From assembly GCF_000143415.4 (NCBI RefSeq), contig NW_003314315.1:690653-754652 (forward strand): DNA of 64,000 bases. The letters are read 5' to 3'. Shown piece by piece: positions 1-11,331 of the stretch. Source of the stretch: Selaginella moellendorffii. Taxonomy: Eukaryota > Plantae > Lycopodiophyta. Both the position numbers and the translations under genes were made by a program. The notes under the pieces are model-generated. The model searched no databases. It worked only from the letters and a program-made list of their open reading frames with translations, and had not been told where the DNA came from. The stretch's first letter is position 1. Each line of letters starts with the position of its first letter.

Positions 1-2107
1 CTTCATAGAGGGACACTTTTCCTTTCTCTACTTCAGAAGCTCTTCAACTCCAATGTTTACTCTCAAAGAGATTAATTGTTGGTGTAAGTGCTATATCATC
101 AAGTGATTGATCCTAGGAAAAATGCAATATTTGAATGTGACAAGAAAGAAAATGAGAGAAAGCTTATATGGAGAGTATAATGACCCCACTGAAACATTCA
201 AATTTCCCACCATGCAAACTAGCATTCCATTTGTGGAAGGTGTTCAATTGGCACTTTGTCTCTTTCATGCCACCATATGTGCATCTCATTTGCCTTTGCC
301 TTGTGCTCCTCTTTAGGTGGTGCATCCATCCATTCTCGACAAAGCTGCTTGAATTCGTGATGGAAGTTAGATTTGATGCATCAGCAATGTTTGTTGACAC
401 TTTTTGCCTAATGAAATTCACAACTCTTCTCTCTACCTTGTAATGGTTGACTTTTATCACCTCCAAACACTTGCCGTATAGCCAACCAATTAGCACTTGT
501 AGCATCTACCATGAAAACACGGAAGTTGGGTTTCTTCTCGGTTTGTTGTTCAACAACCTTAGACATACATGTCCAAAAGATAGTTTAAGTTTGGAAATTC
601 TAGACCTTGAATTCAACTATAGCTATAGTCAAGTTGCACTGCAACCAATAGAAAAAATGGGTATAATGTAAACTGGCATGGAATCCTTAAAAAATGAAAA
701 GCCATTTACTTGTGATCATACACATAAGCTCATATAGTTGACCAGCCTGAAACTCGTTCCATGTGGTCGAAATGGATCCAGGAATTAACCAAGTCTCCAT
801 CTCCATCCATATCCATTTGTTGTACAAGGTCCACACCAAAAGTAGGACCAAGGGTAAACATCTTAAAGATGAAAGGGTATTGATTGTTTAAAGTCACTTG
901 GTTAACAAATAAGCTCCTATGAATAAACTCATAGGGACATTTCCTCTTTAGCTCCAAAATCCCATCCAATCCAAATTGAAGCTTTCCATCTCACCCTTCT
1001 CGCATCCAGTTTTTTATTCTACAAAAAAAAAGAGTGTTATTAGTGATAAAGTAGAGTTAAGTATTAATTTTATACCTATTTAAATTTGTCACGGGTTTAT
1101 ATTTTGAAGTTGGTCCTTCAAGCTGTCTTCGTGAACTCTTTTTTGGTATCAGATTGTAGCAACGTGTCCACCACATAGTCCTTTAGTACAGACTATTGAA
1201 CACACTTTGGAGTTGCAACACTTTTCTTTCTAGCCTCTATAGTAACAGTAGCCTTCAAATTGCAAAAAAGAATCACAGCGGATTCCTTCCTTTATTGTAT
1301 GTTGGTGGTATCCAATATGCACTACTGCTCTACCTAAACATCCATCCCGTGGAAGAAAATAATACCTTTTCACATCGCAACATGCTTGACACACAAGTGT
1401 TGCCCCACATTTGTGACATTTAAACCTTGTAGCAACCTTATCATGCCTAGGGGGATTGATTGCTGAGCCTTCAAAAAAATACATATTCATACTATGATTA
1501 GAAATGCATTTCTCAGTGACACACTAAAGCTGTCCACCACAATGGACTATGGATACAGATCCATCGAAATAAGAGAAGTGGGTTGTCTTTACTCTGCACC
1601 AATTATGTGGATCAAGACACATCTCTATACCCCCCTCAATTCTAGCCATAATGATTGAGATTGCCGAAATGCCTTATCCACCACTTCAAAAACTAGTCCA
1701 AAAGGAATGCTCCTACTTGTCTGGGAAGCTATGTTGGGAAGCTCATCTTCATTTTCATCATTGAAGAGAATAATAACTTCATCCTTCACTCCTTGCACAG
1801 TTAGTTGTGAAACTGATACGCTCTCCTCTCCTCCCTTCAGAGATCCTGTAACTAGAATCTCTTGATTTGTACATCTATCAAGATCCCATTGAATCCCATT
1901 CTCTCCCATACCATTGTCGAGAAAAATGGATTTTTCAATTTGATTACTTTTATCCCAACATACATTCTCCAAACTAACTAATCTTGGCTTCAACTTAAAT
2001 TTTTTGCAGAGGAAGTTCTCTCCTATAACACTCTTAGAGAAAACAATTGGAGGCTCTTGATCGAACTTCAAGTAGAATTCTCTCATATTTTCTCCTTGCT
2101 CAAGCAC
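1..2107 (-). pseudogene. Mutator/MULE-like DDE transposase pseudogene, spliced, with an N-terminal Cys/His (WRKY/GCM-like) region; runs off the left edge
   Basis: Manual translation of the minus strand gives C/H-rich segments (CGGQL*C..KC; KCHKCG..VCQACC..YY..AVVHIGYHQH). These are followed by WIHFDH (D at 766-768), WSTI*AYVYD, FRVFMVDATSANW (D at 504-506), KSCEFH (CxxH at 411-422), FAWWEI*MFQWG and PTINLFESKH (E at 62-64). This is the D..D..CxxH..E order of MULE/IS256 transposases. Several stops and short introns. Confidence 0.75.
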
Positions 2108-2706
2108 TTAGAAAAAATCTAGGGAGAAATTGACAAGAAAGAACAAAGATATTCTTCTGTATTGTGAGCATTAATTAGCTGTGTCCTTGCAAAGGACAAG
2201 TTAATTATTTTAACAAAATATACAACTGTTTAGAATCTAGAGAGATATGAGAATCTTAAAGATCCACCTATATTTATTGTTTAATTGATTGTGAGAGGAA
2301 TAATATTGTTGAAATGAATGTGGTTATGAGTGAGAAGCGTTAGTCAATCACAAAAGTTGTAACATTGATTGCTTATTCTCCCTCTCATCTCCATGCTTTC
2401 TTCCCTTCAAGAGAGTTTTATTCTTTTGTGACAAGTGAGAGAAAGTCAAACTCGGAAAGGTTGGTTTGTGCATGGTTTTTTCTTGATTGAAGCATTGAAG
2501 CATTGAAGCACATTGAAGTGTTAAATGATTGTGTCCATTAATTGCCATCAAAGAGAATGAAAATCATGACTATTGATCTTGATTGTTGATTGTGTCTATT
2601 GATTTTTAGGGTTTAACACCTAGGGTTTGAGTAGCAAAGGGCGAAAGAAAGCATTTCAATTTAGCAATGTGCTTCAAGACACTCCTCAAACAAGGTATGC
2701 TTTCTT

Positions 2707-3227
2707 GAGAAGGTCGATTCTCGCGCAAATTGACGTCTTCTCACTTTCTTTCTTCCATGAGAAGTTTTCTGTTTTCTCGACTTTTGTTTTTTCTTGAGGG
2801 ATAGAGATGTTAGTTCTTGTGCGAACTGATATCTCCTAGCATTTTATTTCATTTTCTATTTTTTGCTCATCTTTGCCTCGTTTTTTTTTGTTTTTTTTTC
2901 TTGTTAAAGGGGTGGGAAAGATCAGTTCACGTGTGAACCGACGTCTCCCCACCTTCATTTTTTCTAGAAGTGAGCTTTCTTGGTTTTTTTCATGTTTCTA
3001 GTGGTGAGATCTCTATATTTTAGAAAACATAGAGAGAGAAATATTGATTCTTATGCGAACCAACATCTTCAAGGGTTTTTTTTTTAATTCATTGACTTGA
3101 TGGGGCATTTCATGTGAAAATAGATATCGGTTCATGTGTGAACCGACCTCTCCTATATTCTTGTTGTGTTTTTCCTTTTTCTCGAGAGGTAGGGTGAGGT
3201 CGGTTCTCGCGCAAGCCAATCTCTCCC
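2707..3227. repeat. Array of six ~30-bp imperfect palindromes, consensus approx. GAGRTCGGTTCWCGYGYGAACCGACSTCTC
   Basis: Copies near 2707, 2804, 2911, 3036, 3121 and 3192, separated by T-rich unique sequence. Example: ggtgggaaagatcagttcacgtgtgaaccgacgtctccccacc. Confidence 0.75.
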
Positions 3228-3436
3228 AATGACTTGTATTTTTTTTCTTTGCATTTCTTATAGTTTACAATATATTTTTCATATCTTTTACTTATAAACT
3301 TTTCTTGTGAGAGCAGATATAAATCAAGCTTGATTGCCTGGAACTTCTAACAAAGGACTTGAACTTAAAATGCCACAAGATTTTTTTACATTACAAATTA
3401 AATGTTATAATTTTTTTGTTTTTTATTTTAAAGGAA

Positions 3437-5207
3437 TGTAAGCGACTAAATTTTCCATTCTACTTTAGTCACTTAACCACACCTCTGACCACTTGGAGGA
3501 GTCTCATTCATAACCTCCATAAGTCCAATCCAGGACTTGGGACTTGCTAGCCCCGAGAATGGCATCCATGCCACTCAACATTTGCACTTGGTCCAAGTGC
3601 TCCACGTGTCCGATCCCATAACCGACACTCAAAGGTACCATCGACATAGCAGCCCGTTACGCTAAGGCCATGCCCAATCACCTTTGCCACACTAGTAGTC
3701 CAATACCACTTGCATCACAGTCTTGGCTCTCCAAGACTGGGCCATCTGTCCACGAGTGGTCATCCTAGATCCACTCCTTAGCATCCTTAGGATGCCCACA
3801 GACCGGGGGAATTGCCTTCCCCAAAGTCCCTTTGTCAATTCCTACCAAGTCCCTTTCTGCCCCTGGCCGTGTTTGCCAACACTGCCACTGGATCGAGGCC
3901 CACAGGCCCGACCACTAAGTCCCACGGTCCTCTGGGACTTCCTCACCACACGACTGTGTCTTTGGTCACTACCCCAGAGGACTGCTCCTCTTCCTTTCCA
4001 CAGTCTAGGCCTTTGGGACAACATTTCGGAACACCATGGCCTTACGCGAGCCACCTGGGTACTCTCCCCGCCTTTCGCCTTTAGGTGCTCTAGCCATGGG
4101 CTTAGAGCAAGGTTCCGTTGAGCCACGCCTGGTATCCAAGTAGGTAGTGCCACCCACATTTGGACTGGGAGCATCGGCCAGTCGATCTCCTGGGGGAACT
4201 AGAGCCGGCTCTTGAACACTTCACCAAGCTACCCCGCTTGTCGGTCCGTATTCACTCTAGTCTTGGACTTCCCAGTGGTCAGTTCATCACCCAACACTGG
4301 GTCTGGCCTTCCTGGGCCAAACTGGCTCCACTGCAGTCCTCCCCCTACTATACTTTTGGAGCTCACCAAACCCCCCAGGGTTTGGGAGACGAACGCTTTG
4401 GGCTTTCACCCTCTCAGGCTCGAATTCGGACTCGGACTCGGACTCGGACTCAGACTCGGACTCGGACTCGGACTCATGCTCGGGCTCGGTCTCGGCCTCG
4501 GCCTCGGTCTCGTTCTCGGTCCCGATCTTGGTCTCGGTCTCGGTCTCGGTCTCGGTCCCGGTCTCGGTCTCGACTTCGGACTCCATCTCGGACTCCATCT
4601 CGGGTCCATCTCGGACTCCATCTCGGGTCCATCTCGGACTCCATTTTGGGTCCATCTCGGACTCCATCTTGGGTCCATCTCGGACTCCATCTCGGACTCC
4701 ATTTTGGGTCCATCTCGGGTCCACCTCGGACTCCATCTCGGACTCCATTTCGGGTCCATCTCGGGTCCACCTCGGACTCCATCTCGGGTCCATCTCGGAC
4801 TCCACTTCAGACTCCAACTTGGGTCCATCTCGGACTCCACTTCGGACTCCAACTCGGGTCCATCTCGGACTCCACTTCGGACTCCAACTCGAGTCCATCT
4901 CAGACTCCACTTCGGACTCCAACTCGAGTCCATCTCGGACTCCACTTCGGACTCCAACTCGAGTCCATCTCAGACACTTCCACGTGTCATGTGTTGGTCC
5001 TTTTGGGTCCCTTTTTGGAGCCTCGCTTTTTGCTCGCTTCGTGCTCGTTCCTCGAGCACTTCTTTGGGAGTTCCACTCTCGCTCTTGACTTTTCAAGTCG
5101 GAGCTTTTGGTCCAAACGTGTTACGCTCGTTTGGCTCTCGCTTCAGCCACTACCACGTGGCACCCTTTCCGGCTCCACTTTGGGGCCTAGGGATTTTGTG
5201 TCTCACA
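3437..5207 (-). mobile_element. Solo LTR, family A (1.77 kb)
   Basis: TG...CA ends, 5-bp TSD AGGAA (3432-3436 / 5208-5212). Reverse complement of the LTRs at 15157 and 20972. Contains the GAGTCC/GAGATG hexamer array. Confidence 0.95.
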
Positions 5208-5212
5208 AGGAA

Positions 5213-8136
5213 GCACCGAGGCCAGCCTCAATGGTCTTGGTCTCCAGGAAAATGCAATTGGCTTGATCACTATGGGCTTGGCTAATTGAGTGGAGATTCA
5301 TCTCAAGTATCTAATGAAGTTTTTGCTAGTCATATTAGAAGCAACGATGAGCATAACAACAACATGGATGTTGAAATGGACACTCAAATTGATATTGGTG
5401 TTATTGAGGCTGTTGGTACTGGTGCTCCTGAGGCTGCGGCTAATGGTGGTGGGGTACTTGTGTCTGATGTTGGTGGTGGTGGCGTACTTGTGTCTGATGT
5501 TGGTGGTGGTGGGAGTGTTGTACTTTCGGTTGTTGAGGCTGCTCGCAGCGAGGTAGATGAACTAGCTGAGGAGGTTATTGGTAGCGTTGTAGGTGGATCT
5601 ATTGTAGAGGCTACTGGGGGCATGGTAGCTGCTCCTACTGCTCCTCAGGCTGGTGGTGCAGGGGGAGCTAGTGGTAGTGTGGGATTCTGCATGCATGATT
5701 CTGACACCATCTTGAATGATCATGTTCTGGGCATGATTATCCAAGCTCAAGAATGGACAGTTAATAAAGTGTTATCAGAAATGGTGTGGAACCCTCATTG
5801 ATTTCTAGTTCCTTTGTGCTAGTTGGTTCAAAGCCATTGGGTGCGCTTAGCTTACGACCTCAACATGGCTATCTACAATTCTTTTGCCGAGGTCAGGTTT
5901 GGGAGCACAACTGGTACCTTCATCATTTCACCAACTTTCCCTAGAACCTGCTGGATAGAGTTAGTGACTACTAAACTTGAGGAAAATGGGATCCTATATG
6001 GTTGCGAAAGTCTCATGAGTTTGATGGATATTTAGGTCAACATGTGGAGACAGTAGGGTTCATTGGAAATTTTTGGGTGATCAATGGAAACCATAGGTGG
6101 CTAGCATTTTGGAAGTGCATTCAAGAGAAGTTCTGAGATGACGAAGAATGACACATTAGTGTTCCTATCACACTTGTTAAACCAATAACTCGAGAACACA
6201 CTGTGAAGCTCAACATGGCATGCCATAAGATCAACATGTAAGAATTTATTTTTTGTAAACTTAGCCAATATCGTGTTTTTGCAGGCTAAACCAATTTGCG
6301 TTTCAAGCTCATATATTGGTACATGACATTGAGCACCTTTGGTTTATCGGCATGCTCTCGCTTCAGGAGGTCCAAATGTTGTGCAATCGTGAGGTATTTG
6401 AAGCAATTCAAGTGAAGCTAATAGCTAGGAAAGGCCAAGAATTGTAGATTTGGTACTAGCTACCACTTGATTTTCTAGTTGCTGTCTGGGTGAAGGTAAA
6501 TTAGTATTGAAGTATGTATCGACTTACATAATGTTTCTTGCAGCCCATAATCAAAGGAGAAAGATCCTCATTCTTTAAAAATGCCTGAGGGAACGAGCAG
6601 TAGAAGGAGATGGAGTGGCATGCGATTGAGCAGTGAATTTTGAATATGAAGAGAACAAAGGTGAAAAAGTTGCTCTTGATTGTAGACATACGACGTGGGC
6701 AGGAATGGCTTGATAGCATTGCCGAGATTTGTTCTCACGTTCGTAAGTTCTTCTAAAATTTATGAAACATTTCATAACTCTTTGTGTGTGTAAGAACTAG
6801 TAAAGCACCGGAGGAACTTATTTACAACATCTCCAAGAGTAAAATGTCCTTTGTTGAACAAAGCATCTGCTTGGAACTTCTCAACACTTGGTTGCGAAAC
6901 AACGAAAAAACACTACAAGATAAGGATGGAGAAGGTGATGAAGGAGAGGGTGTACATTTCTCAGAGTATTGCCACTAGTGAGGAGATGCTACAAGTCTGG
7001 GATGAAAAGTTTCTTTTCAGCACCCACACAAGTATCACTCTTGAAGAGTATATTCATGCTTGTCTTGTGGAGTGAGGGAATGGTTGTCTTTCACATGGTG
7101 GGACAAGTTTGGCTGAGTTCAAGAACCAACCAGGACAACCATTTCTTGCGAGGTGCATGGTTTACAGGTATTTTCTCAATTCTCATTTATATATTGGTAT
7201 TTATATTTTTGTTTTACTTTGTAGATATTTAAAATATTGCCCCGGCACACCGGTATACACAGCCGGTGTTTTGCAGAAGCTTCTGACTAGAGGCAAGAAG
7301 TTTGGGATGTATGAGCCAGAGTTCTACTGTCCTTGTACACATGAGAGGGAGCTATGCCCATGGTACCTTGAACTCGTGGAGTAGATGCCGACATCGGACT
7401 TCGAGCTAGATCTCTACCTTGAATGCCATCCAAGTTCACTTGAAACTTAGCACTTAGCTAGGAAATATTAACTTTGAGTTATATTCTTATTTTCTAGAGG
7501 CTCTTTTTGATTGTGATAACAACGTTGTTGAAGTTTAACAACTAAACCTAGGAGTCCACACTTAGGAAACCATTTAGGAGATGCCAAATCCAAATACCAT
7601 TGAACTAGAGGAAATTGTACAGGAAATTCTAGCACAAGAGATTCCAGTACCTGCTCCTCGCAACCCCCAAAGGGGCCATCATGCAGCCTTTCATGAGAGT
7701 AAGGACTTTGATTTGGAACATTCTTTTATTCATTCTTGACTTCACTTTTTTTTTTTAAGATGTTGCAGAGAGCAACTATCAGTCTTCTTGGCGGACTAAG
7801 ACATTCTTCCCATCCCTCCCTACGGCTACAGATGACAACCTGGAAGAGCTCTCCTCTGCAGCTATGCATAAACAGGTTTGTAAGCATGAATTTTATCTCC
7901 AACTTTTAGTTCTAATAATTGATTTTCAGGTTCACCTTCTATCCCCAACGGTCAGTGTTGGGGAAGTTGTTGTTCTCATTGGGGATTACACATAGCTTTT
8001 AGATGCTACTAGTCGAGAGCTTTACATGCTTGATCGGTGGATCCATGATCTGGGTCAACTCACACCTTATGGGAAGATCAATTTCATCTTTTTCGATCCA
8101 CCATTGCAGGGGGATACTCCTTCATGGAATGTGTTG
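5213..8136 (+). pseudogene. 5' part of a spliced ParB/Srx-like + beta-class DNA amino-methyltransferase fusion pseudogene
   Basis: Translated segments: FLVPLC*LVQSHWVR; GNFWVINGNHRWLAFW (NGNHR at 6083-6097); last exon GEVVVLIGDYT*LL...KINFIFFDPPLQGDTPSWNV (DPP at 8095-8103). Short GT-AG introns, e.g. ~6238-6285 and 6496-6543. Stops and frameshifts present. Confidence 0.75.
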
Positions 8137-8998
8137 TAGGCCTTGAGATGGGGTCCGAGATTGAGTTCGAGATCGAGTCCAAGACCGAGTTCGAGTACTA
8201 ATATAGGTCAAGGGGTGAAAGCCCAAAACGTGCATCTCCCCGGGGGGGGGGGGGGGGGGGGTTGTAGGGGTTCCAAAAGTGTAGTAGGGATAGTTAGGTC
8301 TAGGAACCAGTCTTGAAGGAACTCTCCAGTGGTGTTTCCAAACTGACTTGAGGTTGAGACTAGGGTCGAGGGGCCTTGGGTGGGAGTGAGCATGGTCTCG
8401 GGTGGTGCCGGAGGGGCCACCCAAGGAAGTGCTCAAGAGCAACTCCCACTCCCGAAAGGGAAACCAACTGTAATGCTCCCGGCTCATGTGGAGTGGTGCC
8501 CCACTTGAGTACCTTGCGGCTTATTGGTCCTTGCCCTTCTTAGGGGCTTGGGCCTTCCCTTCGGGATGGAAGTGGGGGGGTAGAGGTACCCATACCGAGC
8601 CGTTAGGCCACGGTGTTTCGCCCCGGCTTCCCGAAGCATGTGTTGCACCCAAGACTTGGGATTTAGAGGGTCTTATAATCAAGTCTTATGGTACCAAGGG
8701 AGGTTAGGAATTTGGAGGCTTGGTGTGCTTGGCTGCTTGTGCCTGTGGGGAGTGTAGCCGAACTTTAAGTCCAGTCTAACTCGGGGAGGGGGATTAAGAG
8801 AGATTTGGGAATCCGTGGATGAATGGCTAACACTCTATTGCTCATGCAGTGAGTAGCTGAAACCAAGTAGGACTAAGTAGGAGCTAGTACCATAGGTAGA
8901 AACCTTGGCGAGGAAACCCAGCTAAAGCCAAGGCAGTGTTAGTCGAATAGACGAGGTAAGCTGGCAAATTGGAAAGGAAAAATTTATGGCTTACAATT

Positions 8999-9010
8999 TG
9001 GTATCGGAGC
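8999..9010 (+). promoter_or_regulatory. Primer-binding site (tRNA-iMet) of family B
   Basis: tggtatcggagc 3 nt after the LTR end, versus the canonical TGGTATCAGAGC. Confidence 0.85.
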
Positions 9011-9054
9011 CTTTTCCTCAATTCTAGCGAAGGATAGAGGCGGATTGTTAGGAG

Positions 9055-10993
9055 ATGGCAAAGGCAGGGTAGAAACGAACCAAGGTGGAGACGGAACCTC
9101 CTCCAGAGCTGGAGCCTCCAGTCGAACAAGAGGCTATGGATGAGGAATCCTTGTATGAGGAGGACTCCAATGAGGAAACTTCCAAATAGGAATCCAGTGG
9201 TGAGGTTCGGTCGTCCAAGGCTCGATTGGACATTCTAGAAGGACAATTGGCATAGACCAATGCCCTATTGGAGACTCTCATATGCAAGCTAAAGCGTGAC
9301 GAGAAGCGAAAGAAAAGACAAAAGAATGCAGATGCTGGCAGTGCAGAAGGTGCGGATCCTTCAATAGGGACTGAGGCAAAACCAAACAAAGTCGAACAGA
9401 CCGAAGTGGAATCAGTCCCTCAGGCAGTTCCCAAGTATAAACAAAAGCCCCCACCGGTCTTCAAGGGAGTGAACGATTATAAAGTGGTGGAGGATTGGTT
9501 TTACGATATGGAGGATGACTTCTAAGCATTGCAATTATCGAGCTTGGAGAAGGTCCCATATGCAAAACCATACTTGGCAGATAATGCCAAGTCTTGGTGG
9601 AGAACGACAGAGGCCAACGAAGGACCGATGGCCACTTGGGAAATGATGAAGGCGAGGAATCGCACGACTTACATTCCTCCGAATGCTACTCTGCATCTAA
9701 GAGACGAGCTGAATAAGCTGAAGCGGACCAGAACCATTCAGGAGTATGTGAATGGGTTTATGGCAAAGAAGATACTTGTCATGGACATGGGGGATATGGA
9801 TGCGTTCCATGCCTTCATATCATGCTTGCAAACCTGGGCTCGTAGTGAGGTGATGCGTTGAAACCCGACCAACTACAAGGAAGCATTGGATGCGGCCATT
9901 AAGGTGTATCAACGATAACTTACGAAAGGGGAACACGATGGGGTCAGGGTCCACGTTTAGCAAAGGGGCCAAACCAAGGGGAATGTATAGCAAAGGGAAA
10001 TTCAAGAAGAGTTTCTTTAAGAATGAGTCCTCAGGGTTCCAGAAAGGCAAATCTGGTGGCCAATGAGCAAGTACATGGGGGAGTCAAGCAAAAAGAGATA
10101 AACCCACGGATAAGAAGGTCAAGTCAGTTAATAGTGTGGGAAACAACATATACTACAACTGTGGTGAAGTGGAACACTTTTCGAGGGAATGTCCTTACCC
10201 GAAAAAGGCCAGAGCCAATATGCCATTAAGTCGGGTGAAATCCAAACTAAGGTATGTGATCCAGTCCCCTAACTCAAAGTTACTCATTACACGAGCAACT
10301 TTGGTAGAGAGTCGTTCGCAACATTTACTAACCCTCCGAGGGAAGCTTGAAGGTAGCTTTGTTAAGATCCTTATTGATACGGGTGCTTCAGATAATTTTG
10401 TGGCTCCGACAAGCCGGACTATGGGTGCAGCGGCTGGGCGAATCAAGGATTATAGAGTTTGTTCAAGATAGCCAAAGCACCGATGAGGTACTTCAACAAG
10501 CGAGAGTCGAAGTAGGGACATGAAATTAGAAATGGATTTCACCGTGTTCGACATGGCGGGATTTGATGTGATCTTCGAGATAGATTAGTTCAATTGGTTC
10601 AATTGGTACCGGACAAGGTAGGAACCTTGTGGTACTAGCGAATACCCAAGGAAGAAGATCCAGGGTGGAGGCCCAAGATCTAAAGGTAGGGCAATGCAAG
10701 GCCAAAGATTCCTGCCTAAACCTAGTGTCCACAAGAGGACAACTCACTACAGGGACTAAGGCAGCATTTTTGTGCTTACTCTCGGTGAAGAGTGACAAAA
10801 AGACGGGAATAGAAGTAGTACCTTTAGTGATCCAGCGGGTGTTGGACCAATTCCAGGATACCATGCCAAAGGAGTTACCGGTGGGGTTGCCCCCTGCATG
10901 ACCGATAGAACATAAAATTGAGCTGGTCGAGGGTGCTGAGGTGGTGGTTTATGCCCCCTATCGTTTGAAGGAAAAGGAACTTGAGGAGCTCAA
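9055..10993 (+). pseudogene. gag-pol: Gypsy B gag, aspartic protease and start of RT (disrupted)
   Basis: Gag capsid motifs (PPVFKG..DW; YLADNAKSWW; LKRTRTIQEY), decayed zinc knuckle YYNCGEVEHFSRECP, protease LIDTGASDNF, RT start LPPA*PIEHKIELVEG..APYRL. Cut at 10994 by an insertion. Confidence 0.9.
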
Positions 10994-11331
10994 TATAACG
11001 TATGTGGTTTTGACCTTTATCCTATGGTGATTTACCATAGGATAACACCACGAAGCGGAACCTAAACCCTCCATGTGCCACGTGTCATATGCCACGTGTC
11101 CAAAGGATAGTGGTATGGAACCCGAGGTTCAAAACCTTGGGCCACTAAATGAAGGAACGGTGCCAAACTCCCAAGCATGGAGCCAAGGAGTGACGGAACC
11201 GAACCACGAACCAACTCCCGAGCATAGAGCCCAAGGAGCAAAGGGACAGGAGTTTGGAGCGACTTGGAATAGTCCTGGAGCAACCAGCATCCCAATGCCA
11301 GGACCAGCACATAAAACGGAGCCAAACGGAT
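10994..11331 (-). mobile_element. Truncated LTR fragment, family C
   Basis: Reverse complement of about 62410-62762, the 3' end of the family C LTR. Confidence 0.85.

Noticed and set aside
2707-3227. CRISPR-like appearance of palindromic repeats with unique spacers
   Set aside because: Repeats are degenerate, spacing is irregular, spacers are low-complexity, there are no cas genes, and the context is eukaryotic.
4160-5285. Long ORFs (up to 368 aa) rich in RS, GL or ES repeats, also at 15174-16109 and 20989-21885
   Set aside because: They arise from the stop-free hexamer array inside family A LTRs, are open in several frames on both strands, and are not SR-protein genes.
10252-10307. Possible third intron (GTATGT...CTAAC) at the gag/protease boundary of gypsy B
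   Set aside because: The frame reads through without it, the acceptor is ambiguous and no conserved motif is interrupted. Worth rechecking in other copies.
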